Part shown: positions 1 to 14,199 of the stretch, piece after piece
Layout: every line of letters begins with the position of its first letter
Numbering within the stretch: the first letter of the stretch is position 1
Assembly: GCA_964016885.1 (NCBI GenBank)
Contig: OZ024747.1
Location: 75,702,001-75,766,000, forward strand
Direction of reading: 5' to 3'
DNA: 64,000 bases
From: Eledone cirrhosa
Lineage: Eukaryota
The notes under the pieces: generated by a model
What the model was told of the DNA's origin: nothing
Databases searched by the model: none
What the model saw: the letters and a program-made list of their open reading frames with translations, nothing else
Made by a program: the position numbers and the translations under genes

Positions 1-224
1 GGAAAAAAAATAATATACACGCGGGTTAATTAGTTTTTTTAAAAAACATTATCAATCCAACGTGTTTAAGAACTCAACTGAAAATAAAAAAATAAATATA
101 TGCTTGTATAAATTACACACGCATATAGATATTTTCTTAGGCTAAATCAGAAGTTGTAACCGAATAAGAACCGCTTCTCATAACCGCAGTAAATGCAGAA
201 AGTTATGCTATAAAGGGCAAATGG

Positions 225-278
<54 letters not shown>

Positions 279-296
279 TGTATATATATATATATA

Positions 297-479
297 CTAG
301 ATAGGGTGTGGTAAAAACCAGCTAGACCATAACTAACTAGGTTACTCGATACTTGGGTTAGTAGAGCGATTAATATATATATATGACTCTTTTCTTATTA
401 CCCACTCTACTACCCAAAGTATTGAGTACTCTGGTGCGTTATGGTCCACCTGGGATCTTACCACACCCTCTTTGTTTTT

Positions 480-519
<40 letters not shown>

Positions 520-603
520 AACCAGAGTACTCAATACTTTGGGTAGTAGAGTGGGTAATAGGAAAAGAGTCAGGACCCCGACGGCTGAGCTCCAGCCGAT
601 TCG

Positions 604-604
<1 letters not shown>
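297..604. mobile_element. Three fragments of family A (297-378, 385-478, 519-604) separated by (TA)n
   Basis: Share GTACTCAATACTT..GTAGTAGAGTGGGTAATAGGAA with the complete copies, in both orientations. Confidence 0.7.
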
Positions 605-677
<73 letters not shown>

Positions 678-826
678 ATATTAAAAGCAAAGCGAGGTGT
701 CACATTATATAAAGAACTTAATGTGAAACCTCACTTTGTTTTTAATATATACACTCTGCCATACCACAGAGTGTTGAATTTGACACCTTCCTTATTAAAC
801 TACGAATCTACTGAACCGCTTATATG

Positions 827-927
<101 letters not shown>

Positions 928-960
928 CACATACACACACATATATATATATATATATAT

Positions 961-1153
961 AACGAAGGAAATGTGGTAAGGAACCAGGTGGACCATAACG
1001 CACCAAAGTACTCAATACTTAGGGTAGTAGAGTAGGATCCCGACGGCTGAGCTCAAGCCGTTTCGACGGCTAATTCTGGACTAAATTCAATATTTTTAGT
1101 CCAGAATTAGCCGTCGAAACGGCTTGAGCTCGGCCGTCGGTGTCCTACTCGTT

Positions 1154-1158
<5 letters not shown>
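961..1158. mobile_element. Family A fold-back element in (TA)n carrying the HHR 3' half
   Basis: Inverted arms around ~1080-1097. Each strand has GAAACGGC-loop-GCCGTC-GGG. The long arm ends CCTTCGT(TA)n on the minus strand. Confidence 0.8.
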
Positions 1159-1224
<66 letters not shown>

Positions 1225-1667
1225 TATTTATGTTACCCACACACTTATATATATTTTATGTATTTCTAGATACATGCAAATATGGGAGATCTCTGTAGAT
1301 TTATATATGAAATGCATATGTATACATACATATATATACACACACACACACATATATATATATATACAATATGTATACATGCTAATGTATTAGATCTATT
1401 GACTTGTGTGCGTTTACGTGTTAATATATATATATTAACACCTATATATATATATATATATATATATATAGCCTTAGCGTATGATTTAGAGTGGCAATAT
1501 CTATTTTTAATATGAAATTAATAAGTATTTACTAAGGTTGCCGTCTCATGATAGCAAACACCGCCTGTAAGTCTTTTGAAGAGAAACGATGGAAGAAATT
1601 AGGGAAAGAGGAAAAGTGGGAAATAGTTGAATAGATACACACACACAGATACACAAACACACACACA

Positions 1668-1732
<65 letters not shown>

Positions 1733-1738
1733 ACACGC

Positions 1739-1825
<87 letters not shown>

Positions 1826-2290
1826 ATAATATTTGATTAGACTGTCAATGGAATAGTCAGTTGGAGAAATACAGTAATTATATTATATCTTGTAATCATG
1901 TTATCTTTCTAAAATCAAAGCTCCCTGAAGAATCCAAACGTGTGCACGTATTTTACACAGGTAAGAATAATCAGGTAAACAGCTAAATAGTTGTTGCATT
2001 TGTGTCATTAGATGAGATTGTGAGGATAATAATTCCTCGTACATACCAATGTCTAAAGACGGTAAGGTTGCGTCAATTTACATGTATATATATTATATAC
2101 ATATTATATATATATAATTGGAATTAGGATTGGTGCTCTGAAATAGCGATGTATACATGAATGTATGTATAGTATATTTGGTAATATTCCGTATGCTTAA
2201 TTAAAAACATTTCTAAGACCATATGCTATTTTAAAGTAATGACTATGTCACTGACTTTGGGCGAAAGAAGGGAGAGAGTTTGACAGTCTG

Positions 2291-2334
<44 letters not shown>

Positions 2335-2454
2335 CAGACTGTCAACCTCTCTCCCGACAGTTGATCGACAAGATCCCAAACGTCGTCAAATCGGACCGAG
2401 GAAACAATGTTTCCATTGGTCTTTCCAATTAATAATACTATCTACAGGTCGCAA

Positions 2455-2577
2455 ATCCAGGCAGAAGGAGCAACGTGAAATAAAGTATCTTGCTCAATGA
2501 CATAACAAATCATCCAATCCGGGAATCGAACTCATAACGTCGTGATTGCAAATCCAGTTCTCTAACTATTCAGCCAT
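2455..2577 (-). mobile_element. tRNA-derived CORE-like SINE remnant
   Basis: Minus strand TGGCTGAATAGTTAG..GAGTTCGATTCCCG..GTGTCATTGAGCAAG-like CORE segment. Confidence 0.6.
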
Positions 2578-2953
2578 ATATATATATATATATATATACC
2601 ATTTATGTTACGTTGTTTACCAGTGGTTGGAACTGGTGGTTCCACTTAGTAATCGATGATGCAATAAATTAAAGCACTCGATTTTACGCAGATCATCCAT
2701 CATAGATTTGGTATCCAGTGGTTGGTACAGGAACGGGGGAGGGGCGGGGGTGGGGGGAATATTCATTAAAAAACTACGGAAGGCCAGACATGCAACTATA
2801 TAATTTTAATTCCGCAAAAACACTATACACATTTCAATGTGTGTGTGTGTCTGTGTGTGTGTGTGCGCGCGTGCGCGTGTGTCTGTACGTACGTGCCTGT
2901 TACTCTTTCATTGTGTGCACGTTTAATATGTTCGATTAAGTTTTAGCCTCAAA

Positions 2954-3136
2954 ATAATTGTTTCTACTTTTGGCACAAGGCCAGCAATTATCCCAGTGTA
3001 TTACTAGTACTTTATTTTATCGACCCCGTAAGGATGAAAGGCAAAGTTAACCTCGGCGGGATTTGAACTCAGATCATAAAGGGCCGTAACTCTTTGCTTG
3101 TAAAGCATGGCGTCCGACCCTCTACTGATACTGCCA
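2954..3136 (-). mobile_element. Meta-core SINE
   Basis: Reverse complement of the family consensus; CAAAATAAT on both flanks. Confidence 0.85.
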
Positions 3137-3949
3137 CAAAATAATATAAATTCATATGAATTGTTTCATTAAATGAGAGTGGGATGAATTTTTCTGAGCA
3201 GACAGTTTTTTTCTTCGCAACGTATATAATACATAAAGGTATTTGGCTGAAGAATGAGATGTTTTTATCAAGGTAAGAGTACCTTAAGTGGTATTAGGAT
3301 GTAGTAAGAATACTTGACCAATCTCTGAATGAAACTGTTTATCTTCCTAACAATCTATGTCGTCTTTCAATAATATTAGCTAAAACTTCAACTGAAATTG
3401 GTAGGGATAAGTCTTAGGTTTTCAATACCTTCTTGGAAAAGTCTCCTTAAATGTTCGCTTTCATAGCAACATTTCCTGATAAAGATTACCATTAGAAGAA
3501 TTACCTTTTATAGATTCTGGCTATTTCGGTAATGACAAAGGTGAAACAAATGATTTTCCACTGTTAATATAAATGTTCAATCAATTAACGGATTTGACCG
3601 ACCAGTGTTTTAGTCAATGGCAGAACTTCGATTACATGTATTAGATACAGTGTTTACACTGTGCTTCCGAAAGTGCGTTAAACATATATTACACACGGTG
3701 TTTATAATGTACTACCATGCAAAGTCTCTCTCATTCTCTCCCACTCTATCCATCATTACCAAATTCTCCCCCTCTCTATATCAATCACTACCAGTACCAC
3801 CAAACTCTCCCACTTTCTACATCAACCATACAAAACTCTCTCGCAATACCCCTCTCTATATCAATTAACACCAAACTCTCCCCCTCTCTCTATCTATTGC
3901 AACGGAACTCTCTCCCAATTCCCCTCTCTATATCCATTACCAGCAAACT

Positions 3950-4350
3950 CTCCCCCTCTCTGTATCTACCACGACACTGTCTCTCTCATTCCCCCTCTCT
4001 ATACCAATCACTCTCCCCCTCTTTATATCTACCACGACACTGTCTCTCTCATTCCCCCTCTCTATACCAATCACTCTCCCCCCTCTCTGTATCTACCACG
4101 ACACTGTCTCTCTCATTCCCCCTCTCTATACCAATCACTCTCCCCCTCTTTATATCTACCACGACACTGTCTCTCTCATTCCCCCTCTCTATACCAATCA
4201 CTCTCCCTCCTCTCTGTATCTACCACGACACTGTCTCTCTCATTCCCCTCTCTATACCAATCACTCTCCCCCTCTTTATATCTACCACGACACTGTCTCT
4301 CTCATTCCCCCTCTCTATACCAATCACTGTTCCCCTCTATATATCTACCA
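3950..4350. repeat. ~60 bp minisatellite (6-7 units)
   Basis: TCTACCACGACACTGTCTCTCTCATTCCCCCTCTCTATACCAATCACTCTCCCC repeated. Confidence 0.9.
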
Positions 4351-4718
4351 TACAACAATCTCTCTCAATCAATTACTCTCAGGTCTTGAATAATGCACCC
4401 CCACCCCTGCGCTTACTAATTTTTCAGATTCCCCCCACCCAACTTTTATTCCATCAACATTCATTTCGAAACAGCAACTGAAGAATCTAGAAATAATTTT
4501 ATTTTGAATAAAATAAACAACAACATTATATATGACTAAAAAAGTACATTACAAAAAATTCCATATTTACGAACGTACACTATACTATTACTGACCCCCC
4601 CCCCTCACTTATAAGAATTTAATCAAATGTCTAAGAAGGTCATATTACATTTACAAGTTTCAATAATTATAAAATGATTATAGAAAAATGATCTCTGAAA
4701 TCTATCTCTGAATACATA

Positions 4719-4862
4719 TACTAGCAATTGGCAATACAGCTACTAGCAATTGGCAATACACATACTAGCAATTGGCAATACAGCTACTAGCAATTGGCAA
4801 TACACATACTAGCAATTGGCAATACAGCTACTAGCAATCGGCAATATATATACTACCAATTG
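4719..4862. repeat. 22-bp minisatellite with alternating variants (44-bp period)
   Basis: TACTAGCAATTGGCAATACA(GC/CA) repeated. Confidence 0.9.
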
Positions 4863-5139
4863 GTAAATAGTGATAAGTGGAGAAAAAGTTATGACATGAC
4901 AAAAAAAATTTACTACAAAGTTTAACTTAATATTATCAAATATAAAAATATAAAAAACTTCGATATGCGATAAACGTAACATGTAGATAAATTGTAGTGC
5001 ATATACAAATAGATGTATGTTTTGCTAGTTTGGGGAGAAAATATAATTATTAGGGAGGGGGTGCTACAATGGGGATTGTTCAGTCAGAGCTTTGGGCAGA
5101 AACGAAGTTTTAGCATGAATAAAAGAAATATTATATTGT

Positions 5140-5547
5140 ATGGGTCACTGTAAAGAGTTGTTAGGACGTCTGATAGAATGCTTTGCGGTATTTATTTCGA
5201 CTCTCTGCACTCTGAGTTCAAAGGTCAACTTTTCCGTTCATCCATTTAAGGTAGATAAAAAAAGTAGCAGTCTAGTACTGGGGTCATTTCTACCTCTATA
5301 GCTGTCATTATTTTCTCTTTGTCGAGGGTGGTGGATTGTCAGAATCGGAAGACAGTTGGAGGCCATGCTTTGCAGCATAGAGTTACGGCCCTTTATGATC
5401 TGACTTCAAATCCCGCCGAGGTTAACTTTGCCTTTTATCCTCACGGGGTCGATGAAATAAAGTACCAGTCACGCACTGGGGTCGATTTAATCGACTTTCT
5501 CCTCTCCCAAAATTACTGGCCTTCTGCCTATATAAGAAACCATTATT
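5140..5547 (+). mobile_element. Two adjacent Meta-core SINEs (older 5140-5290; 5325-5547)
   Basis: B box and core recognisable in both. Confidence 0.75.
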
Positions 5548-5942
5548 TCCTCTTTGTCACTATTTCTCTTCTTTTCTGTAAGAAATAGGCTGACCTGGAA
5601 ATAAAATGGGCTCCATTAAGGCTACCAAAATGCCAGGAAACTCTGTATGACACTGCGGCGTCCCCCACGACTCCACAGGGAGTTTTGGGTAAAAAAAGAA
5701 AATACATTTAGTATCACATTATCCCATATTTCATCCTCTTTTATGATAATAGAATACAACTTTAGGGAGGCATATATGTTAATTATAGTCTTCGTGTCAC
5801 CATATATAGGCACCTTACTTGGTTTGTCTAGATTCTGTAGTTGTTATTGATATTGCTATTAAAAAGGCAGCTGCAGTTGTTTTTACTGTATCGCTTGCGT
5901 CACTAATCAGCTTTGAGTATCCTGACATATGGTATAAAACTA

Positions 5943-5988
<46 letters not shown>

Positions 5989-6569
5989 TTAATATAGATG
6001 AGATTCTACAGGACTATGCATACTAGTATTTCAGTATACATATGTGGATGTACATTCTTAACTTAATTGTTTATCATATAATCATTGCGTCTAAATTCTA
6101 CTATTTGTCACTATTCCATCTTTGTTAAAAAGTCTCTTGTAAACGTTCACTATTTTCTCAGGCATTCTCTCTTTGAAATCAAGTGATAGCTATGTTAAAT
6201 TAGACTACTTCAAGGACCCCAGCTTTGCACGAGATATGAAAATCACAAGGATATATGTTAGTTATACGGTAGTTATATTAAAGATGTTTGTATATACAAA
6301 GTCTTTTGCTGGAAGATGCGATGAAGTTTTCCTGCAAAGAGTTTTTGATATTGTTCACATTGAGGTTTAATTTAGTTGCAATAGAATTCAACTTGTTGCA
6401 CTGCATCACTTGTGTACAAGCAACATTCCATTCAGACGTCTTGTCTCATATATCTATGGCAACTGGAATGTCTTTCTAATAGGCTGTATTGACAACGATT
6501 CGCTTCGGGTCAGCCTTCCTTTGAAGTGGTTCCTTGACTGCGTTTATATATAATGTTTATATATATTTG

Positions 6570-6673
<104 letters not shown>

Positions 6674-6706
6674 AAATATATATATATATATACATATGTG
6701 TGTGTG

Positions 6707-6737
<31 letters not shown>

Positions 6738-6751
6738 ATATTTATATATGC

Positions 6752-6800
<49 letters not shown>

Positions 6801-6996
6801 AAACAGAAAACAAAAACAATAACGAAGAGTGTATATATATATATATATATATATATATGAATGTGTGTGTGTATCATTGTGTGAGTGTTTGTGTGTGTTA
6901 TGGTTGTAATTGTTTTGCCTTTTATGATATTGTTGTTTCCATTGTTGCTGTTATTGATCTTTTCGTGTCTTTGTTAATACTGCTGCTGTTGGCTTT

Positions 6997-7450
6997 CACA
7001 CGCATATGTGTGACTACATGCACACACACATATGTGTGACTACATGCACACACACATATGTGTGACTGCATGCACAGACACATATGTGTGACTGCATGCA
7101 CACACACATATGTGTGACTGCATGCACACACGCATATGTGTGACTGCATGCACACACACCTATGTGTGACTGCATGCACACACACATATGTGTGACTGCA
7201 TGCACACACACCTATGTGTGACTGCATGCACAGACACATATGTGTTTGTGCATGCATAGACACATATGTGTGACTACATGCACACACGCATATGTGTGAC
7301 TACATGCACAGACACATATGTGTGACTACATGCACACACGCATATGTGTGACTACATGCACACACACATATGTGTGACTACATGCACAGACACATATGTG
7401 TGTGTGCATGCACACACATATGTGTTTGTGCATGCATAGACAAATATATA
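6997..7450. repeat. 26-bp minisatellite, largely self-complementary
   Basis: CATATGTGTGACTRCATGCACACACA, about 17 units. Confidence 0.9.
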
Positions 7451-7550
7451 CATATGTGTACTCACATATTATTATAGAAATAAGCACACGCAATCAAATA
7501 GAGACACGCACGCTCTCACACTTCAGTATGAATGGACGTGGTCAACTATT

Positions 7551-7621
<71 letters not shown>

Positions 7622-7666
7622 CACATATATACATACATATATGTATACATTCATATATATATATAA

Positions 7667-7742
<76 letters not shown>

Positions 7743-8113
7743 ATATATTATGTGTATATGAATATGAGTGTGGCGTGATTTTGTGTCTTAATTGAAAACA
7801 TAAAACATTTTCATACCAACAATATTTAAGTGAAAACAAAAACATTTCGCCCTGGGTCACCCTTTCCCGATAACCTTTGCTTCTTTGATCACTAACGTTA
7901 TTTCCTTTGGATAGAGAACGTCTTGAATACCTTCTTCAATGTATTCTATTGCTGCTGCTGCTGCATCGTCCAAAGAAATTGAAGAATAATTGTTGTATTT
8001 CCTGCATCTTTTCTTGTCAGATTCGGCATCTCATCATTACATCGTAACTCTCCACAAACATTGCTTGAAATACACATCTTACACAATTATGTTAGAAAGA
8101 AATCCCTCTCAGG

Positions 8114-8133
8114 GTGTCTCTCTGTGTCTCTCT

Positions 8134-8205
<72 letters not shown>

Positions 8206-9754
8206 GTCTCTCTCTGTCTCTCTGTCTCTCTCTGTCTCTCTCTGTCTGTCTGTGTCTGTCTGTGTCTCCCTGTCTCTCCCTGTCTCTCTCTTCTCTCTAT
8301 GTCTGTCTGTGTCTCCCTGTCTCCCTTTCTCTCTCTGTCTCTCTCTGTCTGTCTGTGTAAGTCTGTGTCTCCCTGTCTCTCTCGGTCTCTCTCTGTCTGT
8401 GTCTGTCTGTGTCTCTCTCTGTCAGTCTATGTCTGCCTGTGTCTCCCTGTCTCTCCCTGTCTCTCTCTCTGTCTGTCTGCGTAAGTCTGTGTCTCCCTGT
8501 CTCTCCCTGTCTCTCTCTCTGTCTGTCTGCGTAAGTCTGTGTCTCCCTGTCTCTCTCTTCTCTCTCTGTCTGTCTGTGTCTCCCTGTCTCCCTGTCTCTC
8601 TCTCTGTCTGACTGTGTCTCCCTGTCTCCCTGTCTCTCTCTGTCTCTCTCTGTGTCTCCCTGTCTCTCTCTGTCTGTCTGTGTCTCCCTGTCTCCCTGTC
8701 TCTCTCTGTCTCTCTCTGTCTCTCTCTGTCTGTCTGTGTCTCCCTGTCTCTCTCTTCTCTCTCTCTGTCTGTCTGTGTCTCCCTGTCTCTCCCTATCTCT
8801 CTCTTCTCTCTCTGTCTGTCTGTGTCTACCTGTCTCCCTGTCTCTCTCTGTCTGTCTGTGTAAGTCTGTGTCTCCCTGTATCTCCCTGTCTCTCTCTTCT
8901 CTCTATGTCTGTCTGTGTCTCCCTGTCTCCCTCTCTCTCTCTCTGTCTCTCTCTGTCTGTGTAAGTCTGTATCTCTCTATGTCTCTCTCTGTCTGTCTAT
9001 GTCTGCCTGTGTCTCACTGTCTCTCCCTGTCTCTCTCTCTGTCTGTCTGTGTAAGTCTGTGTCTCCCTGTCTCTCTCTGTCTCTCTCTGTCTGTCTATGT
9101 CTGCCTGTGTCTCCCTGTGTCTCCCTGTCTCTCTCTCTGTCTGTCTGTGTAAGTCTGTGTCTCCCTGTCTCTCTCTTCTCTCTCTGTCTGTGTAAGTCTG
9201 TGTCTCCCTGTCCCTCTCTTCTCTCTCTGTCTGTCTGTGTAAGTCTGTGTCTCTCTGTCTGTCTGTGTAAGTCTGTGTCTCCCTGTCCCTCTCTTCTCTC
9301 TCTGTCTGTCTGTGTAAGTCTGTGTCTCTCTGTCTCTCCCTTCTCTCTCTGTCTGTCTGTGTAAGTCTGTGTCTCCCTGTCCCTCTCTTCTCTCTCTGTC
9401 TGTCTGTGTAAGTCTGTGTCTCTCTGTCTCTCCCTTCTCTCTCTGTCTGTCTGTGTAAGTATGTGTCTCTCTGTCTCTCCCTTCTCTCTCTGTCTGTCTG
9501 TGTAAGTCTGTGTCTCTCTGTCTCTCCCTTCTCTCTCTGTCTGTCTGTGTAAGTCTGTGTCTCTCTGTCTCTCCCTTCTCTCTCTGTCTGTCTGTGTACG
9601 TCTGTGTCTCCCTGTCTCTCCCTTCTCTCTCTGTCTGTGTAAGACTGTGTCTCCCTGTCTCTCCCTGTCTCTCTCTCTGTCTGTCTGTGTAAGTCTGTGT
9701 CTCCCTGTCTCTCCCTTCTCTCTCTGTCTCTCTGTGTAAGTCTGTGTCTCCCTG

Positions 9755-9785
<31 letters not shown>

Positions 9786-10228
9786 GTAAGTCTGTGTCTC
9801 TCTGTCTCTCTCTGTCTCTCTCTCTGTCTCTCTCTGTCTGTCTATGTCTGCCTGTGTCTTCCTGTCTCTTCCTGTCTCTCCCTGTCTCTCTCTCTGTCTG
9901 TCTGTGTAAGTCTGTGTCTCCCTGTCTCTCTCTGTCTCTCTCTGTCTCTCTGTGTAAGTCTGTGTCTCCCTGTCTCTCTCTTCTCTCTCTGTCTGTGTAA
10001 GTCTGTGTCTCCCTGTCTCTCTCTGTCTCTGTGTGTAAGTCTGTGTCTCCCTGTCTCTCTTTGTCTCTCTCTCTGTCTGTCTGTGTAAGTCTGTGTCTCC
10101 CTGTCTCTCTCTTCTCTCTCTGTCTGTGTAAGTCTGTGTCTCCCTGTCTCTCTCTGTCTCTGTGTGTAAGTCTGTGTCTCCCTGTCTCTCTCTGTCTCTC
10201 TCTCAGTCTGTCTGTCTATGTCTCCCTG

Positions 10229-10259
<31 letters not shown>

Positions 10260-10367
10260 GTAAGTCTGTGTCTGTCTGTGTCTGTCTGTGTCTGTCTGTG
10301 TCCGTCTATTTCTTGCTGTGTCTGTCTGTCTGTGTCTGTCTGTGTCTGTCTGTGTCTGTCTGTGTCT
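8114..10367. repeat. 2.25 kb complex (CT/CTGT)n satellite punctuated by GTGTAAGTCTGTGTCTCCCTG
   Basis: The + strand is almost A-free; irregular higher-order units. Confidence 0.95.
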
Positions 10368-10579
10368 GAATTAAGCCTCGAAAGAAAAGGAGAGTGGGAG
10401 GTCAGACACTAGACCACAGTCTGTGTGGACAATAAGCATTAGCACTGAGAATGACCAGTGACACCCTCTGCAACAACCACACAACACCACGAGACTCCTA
10501 GTTTGTTTTACCCATTTTAAATAAGTATTCTATGTTAGTATTACCTTATTCGCAAACAAAAACTAAACCAACTAATATA

Positions 10580-10767
10580 AGTGTTTCTACTTTTGGCACA
10601 AGGCCAGCAATTACCCAGTACATTACTGGTACTTTATTGTATCGACCCCGTAAGGATGAAAGGCAAAGTTAACCTCGGCGGGATTTGAACTCAGTCCGTA
10701 AAGGGACGTAACTGTGCTGCAAAGCATGGCGCCCGACCCTCTACCGATACTGCCAACCCACCGCCCC
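10580..10767 (-). mobile_element. Meta-core SINE, full length
   Basis: Reverse complement of the consensus; CTAATATAA flanks. Confidence 0.85.
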
Positions 10768-11757
10768 TAATATAATTATTCACCAACTAATATAATTCCA
10801 TGAGGTTTCAACAATTTTTTGTATCAATAAATTACTATAAAATGTTAAGCCATATAATATTGGTAATACCCCGATTATTTGAGCCCATGATATGTCCTTA
10901 TATTCACGGTTGAAACAATTGCTAAACTCCTGACTTATGTATGGGTCACGGGTTTGTACGTTTACATGTAGTGTACCTGGTATACGTATGAGAAAGAGAG
11001 CAAGCCTCTGAAAACAGTAGCACCACCATGAAACATTGACTTATACCGATTGACCCACCTGACCTCTTCCTCTGCTTTTACCTGACGATATCAAGAATTG
11101 AGTAGATGAATCAATCAATCATGGAAATCGATACTGACTTCCAGCCGATTCCTCAATTGCAGAAAAGGAAAAACAAGACTGTGTAATTAATCATACATCG
11201 AGTAAGAAAGTAAGAATATACATATGCATATATATATATATGTATGTATGTATATATATAAGCGTGTGTGTATATTATATACACTCACACACACACATAC
11301 ACACGCACACATATATATACATTATATGTATGTGTGTGTGTGTGTGTGTGTTTCTGTGTGTTTGAATGCTGTTATCTATACGTACATGAAACACACTTAT
11401 AAAAACAAAATATGTGACGTACAACTAGATAACTCCACTAGTAGACCTGTACTAAAAAAAGGTACTAACAGCAGCAATAATATCAGAAAAAACATGTACC
11501 ATAACAACAACAACAATAGCAAGACAAACATAATAAACATAGTACAGTTTTGAATGTTAACTATATAATGTCACAAAGAACATAAATTTCCGAAAATTAA
11601 AAATTTCTAATTTAATTTTAACAAATATAATAACATCTCAGGAGGAACACTGAAAAAGAAAAACAAAACAACAAATGAATAAAAAATATTAAAGATTGTA
11701 ATATCATTAATGAGGTGATATCGTGATCAAATTATATACGTATTTACATATACACAA

Positions 11758-11788
<31 letters not shown>

Positions 11789-11966
11789 TATATATATATT
11801 TCACATAAGAAACGGAGAATCAGTGTTAACAAAACTGGATAGAATAATTATATATATATATACAGTATATATATATAAATATATATATATAAATATGTGT
11901 GTGTATATACATATATATATACGTATATATATGTATCTCTCTCTCTCTCTCTCTCATCTCTCAATA

Positions 11967-12009
<43 letters not shown>

Positions 12010-12011
<2 letters not shown>

Positions 12012-12236
12012 CGAAGGAAATGTGGTAAGGAACCAGATAGACCATAACGCACCAAAGTACTCAATACTTAGTGTAGTAGAGTGGGTAATAGGAACAAGTA
12101 TGACCCCGACGGCAGAGCTCATGCCGTTTGGACGGCTAATTCAGGACTGGATTATAATATTTTTTATTAATTTGTTGTCTAGTCCAGAATTAGCCGTCGA
12201 AACGGCTTGAGCTCTGCCGTCGGGGTCATACTTGTT

Positions 12237-12240
<4 letters not shown>
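12010..12240. mobile_element. Family A fold-back element
   Basis: Same sequence family, with a ~32-nt non-palindromic centre; (TA)n on both sides. Confidence 0.8.
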
Positions 12241-12287
<47 letters not shown>

Positions 12288-12995
12288 TAAGCAAAAAAGT
12301 GTTGGTAAAATCCAGTACTTTAATATGCGGATAGGGAGCACTCAACGAAGATATAGATTCCGGAGTTATAATAGTGACGTAACATAAGTCAATTGTATGA
12401 ACTCATAATCCTTTATTTACCGCTATATATATATATGTGTGTGTTTTAGTGCATTTCATGGAGTGTTATGTTAGAATAAAAAATATAGAAGAGAAATGAA
12501 AATTCTATCAATTAAACCCTGGATATGGGATAGATATTTAATAATATTTAATAATATTTATCTTAACAAAACTGAATAGAACAGGTAATAAAATAAATCA
12601 ACAAAATAAAAAAAAAACAAATAACAAAACTTGATAAATTTAGCTGGCATATTTAATTAATATCTAATATTCTCTATCTGCAATTAGTAAAGATCATTGA
12701 TTTTTTAAACTTTAATTCTGTTTCCCTATAATTCATTTGGCACTGGATTTTGTTAAGATTCATGTCTGTGTTATTTTAATTTTAAAAAAATCACAAATAT
12801 TTACTGATAAAGTTCTGTTTGTAGAGAAAGTATGTTCAAGTTTAGATAATATTTTCTTATGTTGATAGTATTTCTGTAATGTTGTCTGTCTATTTTCTTC
12901 AGTTAGAATATCACGACTAAAATATCAAATGAAACAACGGAAAATATTTAAAAGAAAATATTATTAATAGTAATATATATATATATATATATATA

Positions 12996-13255
12996 TAGTT
13001 ATGTAATAAACAACACAAGACAATTATTCCATTTACCAGTGGTTTCTTAAAAGCAAAAAATTTTGCTTTCAATCCTCAGAATGAAAAAATCCTGGATTTT
13101 TTCATTCTGAGGATTGAAAGCAAAATTTTTTGCTTTTAAGAAACCACTAGTAAATGGAATAATTGCCTTATGTTGTTTATTACATAACTATTAAGCTCTG
13201 TTACCTACATAGAGCACTCTTTTTTCCTGGACTTTTCCGACGGAATTACTTCATT
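12996..13255. mobile_element. Family D palindrome (12996-13191) plus tail, with HHRs on both strands (minus 13027-13087, plus 13099-13160)
   Basis: TTTCATT-CTGAGGA-TTGAAAGCAAAA/TTTTGCTTTTAA-GAAAC-CACT(G/A)-GTA-AATGGAA; centre ATCCTGGAT. Confidence 0.85.
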
Positions 13256-14113
13256 TACACACATATATATATATATATATGTATTACTATTAATAATATT
13301 TTCTTTTAAATATACATATATATGTACACATACATATGTACGTACGTATATACATATAAACATAACACACACACATATATATATATATATGCGCGCGCGC
13401 GTGTGTGTGATGGCATGCTTCTGTGTTTTTGCATGATATTTCTGAGTTCCTGAGTGTCTGAAATATATCTTATAATGTAAACACACATGTACACGCACAC
13501 ATACACGCACACACACGCACACACATACGCACACACACGCACACACACGGAGTTGAGTATGCATGCACAAACACATAAAATATTGATTTTCTTTGACAAT
13601 TTTGAGACGTAATCAGTTACAAATAAATATTGCTTCTTCGTAATCCGTTCTTTATATATTACAACATGTCTGCTTGTTTAAACCTTTTCAAAATTATGCA
13701 CTGAAATACTGAACTGGCGATATGCGAAAACTGAGATAAAATGAAAAAAACGTATGAAAGAAATTATACTCTGCCTTATATAACCTGAACAATAACAGCA
13801 GCGCACTAAAAAAGTAACTAATAAACGAGGCTCTATTTAGTCAGCCGACCTACAAGAGATAGCAACTAATAACAACTAAGCTTCATTGAAATCGAAACAA
13901 CGTTATAAGCATTGGTCAGTAATATCTAAAATATATTAGACGTAAAAAACAAAATGGTGGGTGAAATGTTCACACCTTCTATACTACATGGAGGCGAAGA
14001 TAAACACACACATACAGAGGCACACAGGCACACACACACACACACAAAGAGGCACACAGGCACACACACACACACACACACACACACAGCGGCACACACA
14101 CAGAGGCGCACAG

Positions 14114-14199
<86 letters not shown>

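Noticed and set aside
7830-8070. Minus-strand EITLVIKEAK..GK segment resembling a LINE pre-RT motif
   Set aside because: A single weak motif, too degenerate to call.
11143-11215. Possible small + strand exon ending in AAgtaaga
   Set aside because: No recognisable protein motif; splice-like signals are common by chance.
11899-12210. Recurrent peptide [36 protein letters not shown] in several ORFs
   Set aside because: It is the antisense reading of family A, opened by flanking (TA)n. There is no start or splice context, and the copy at 961 has a deletion.
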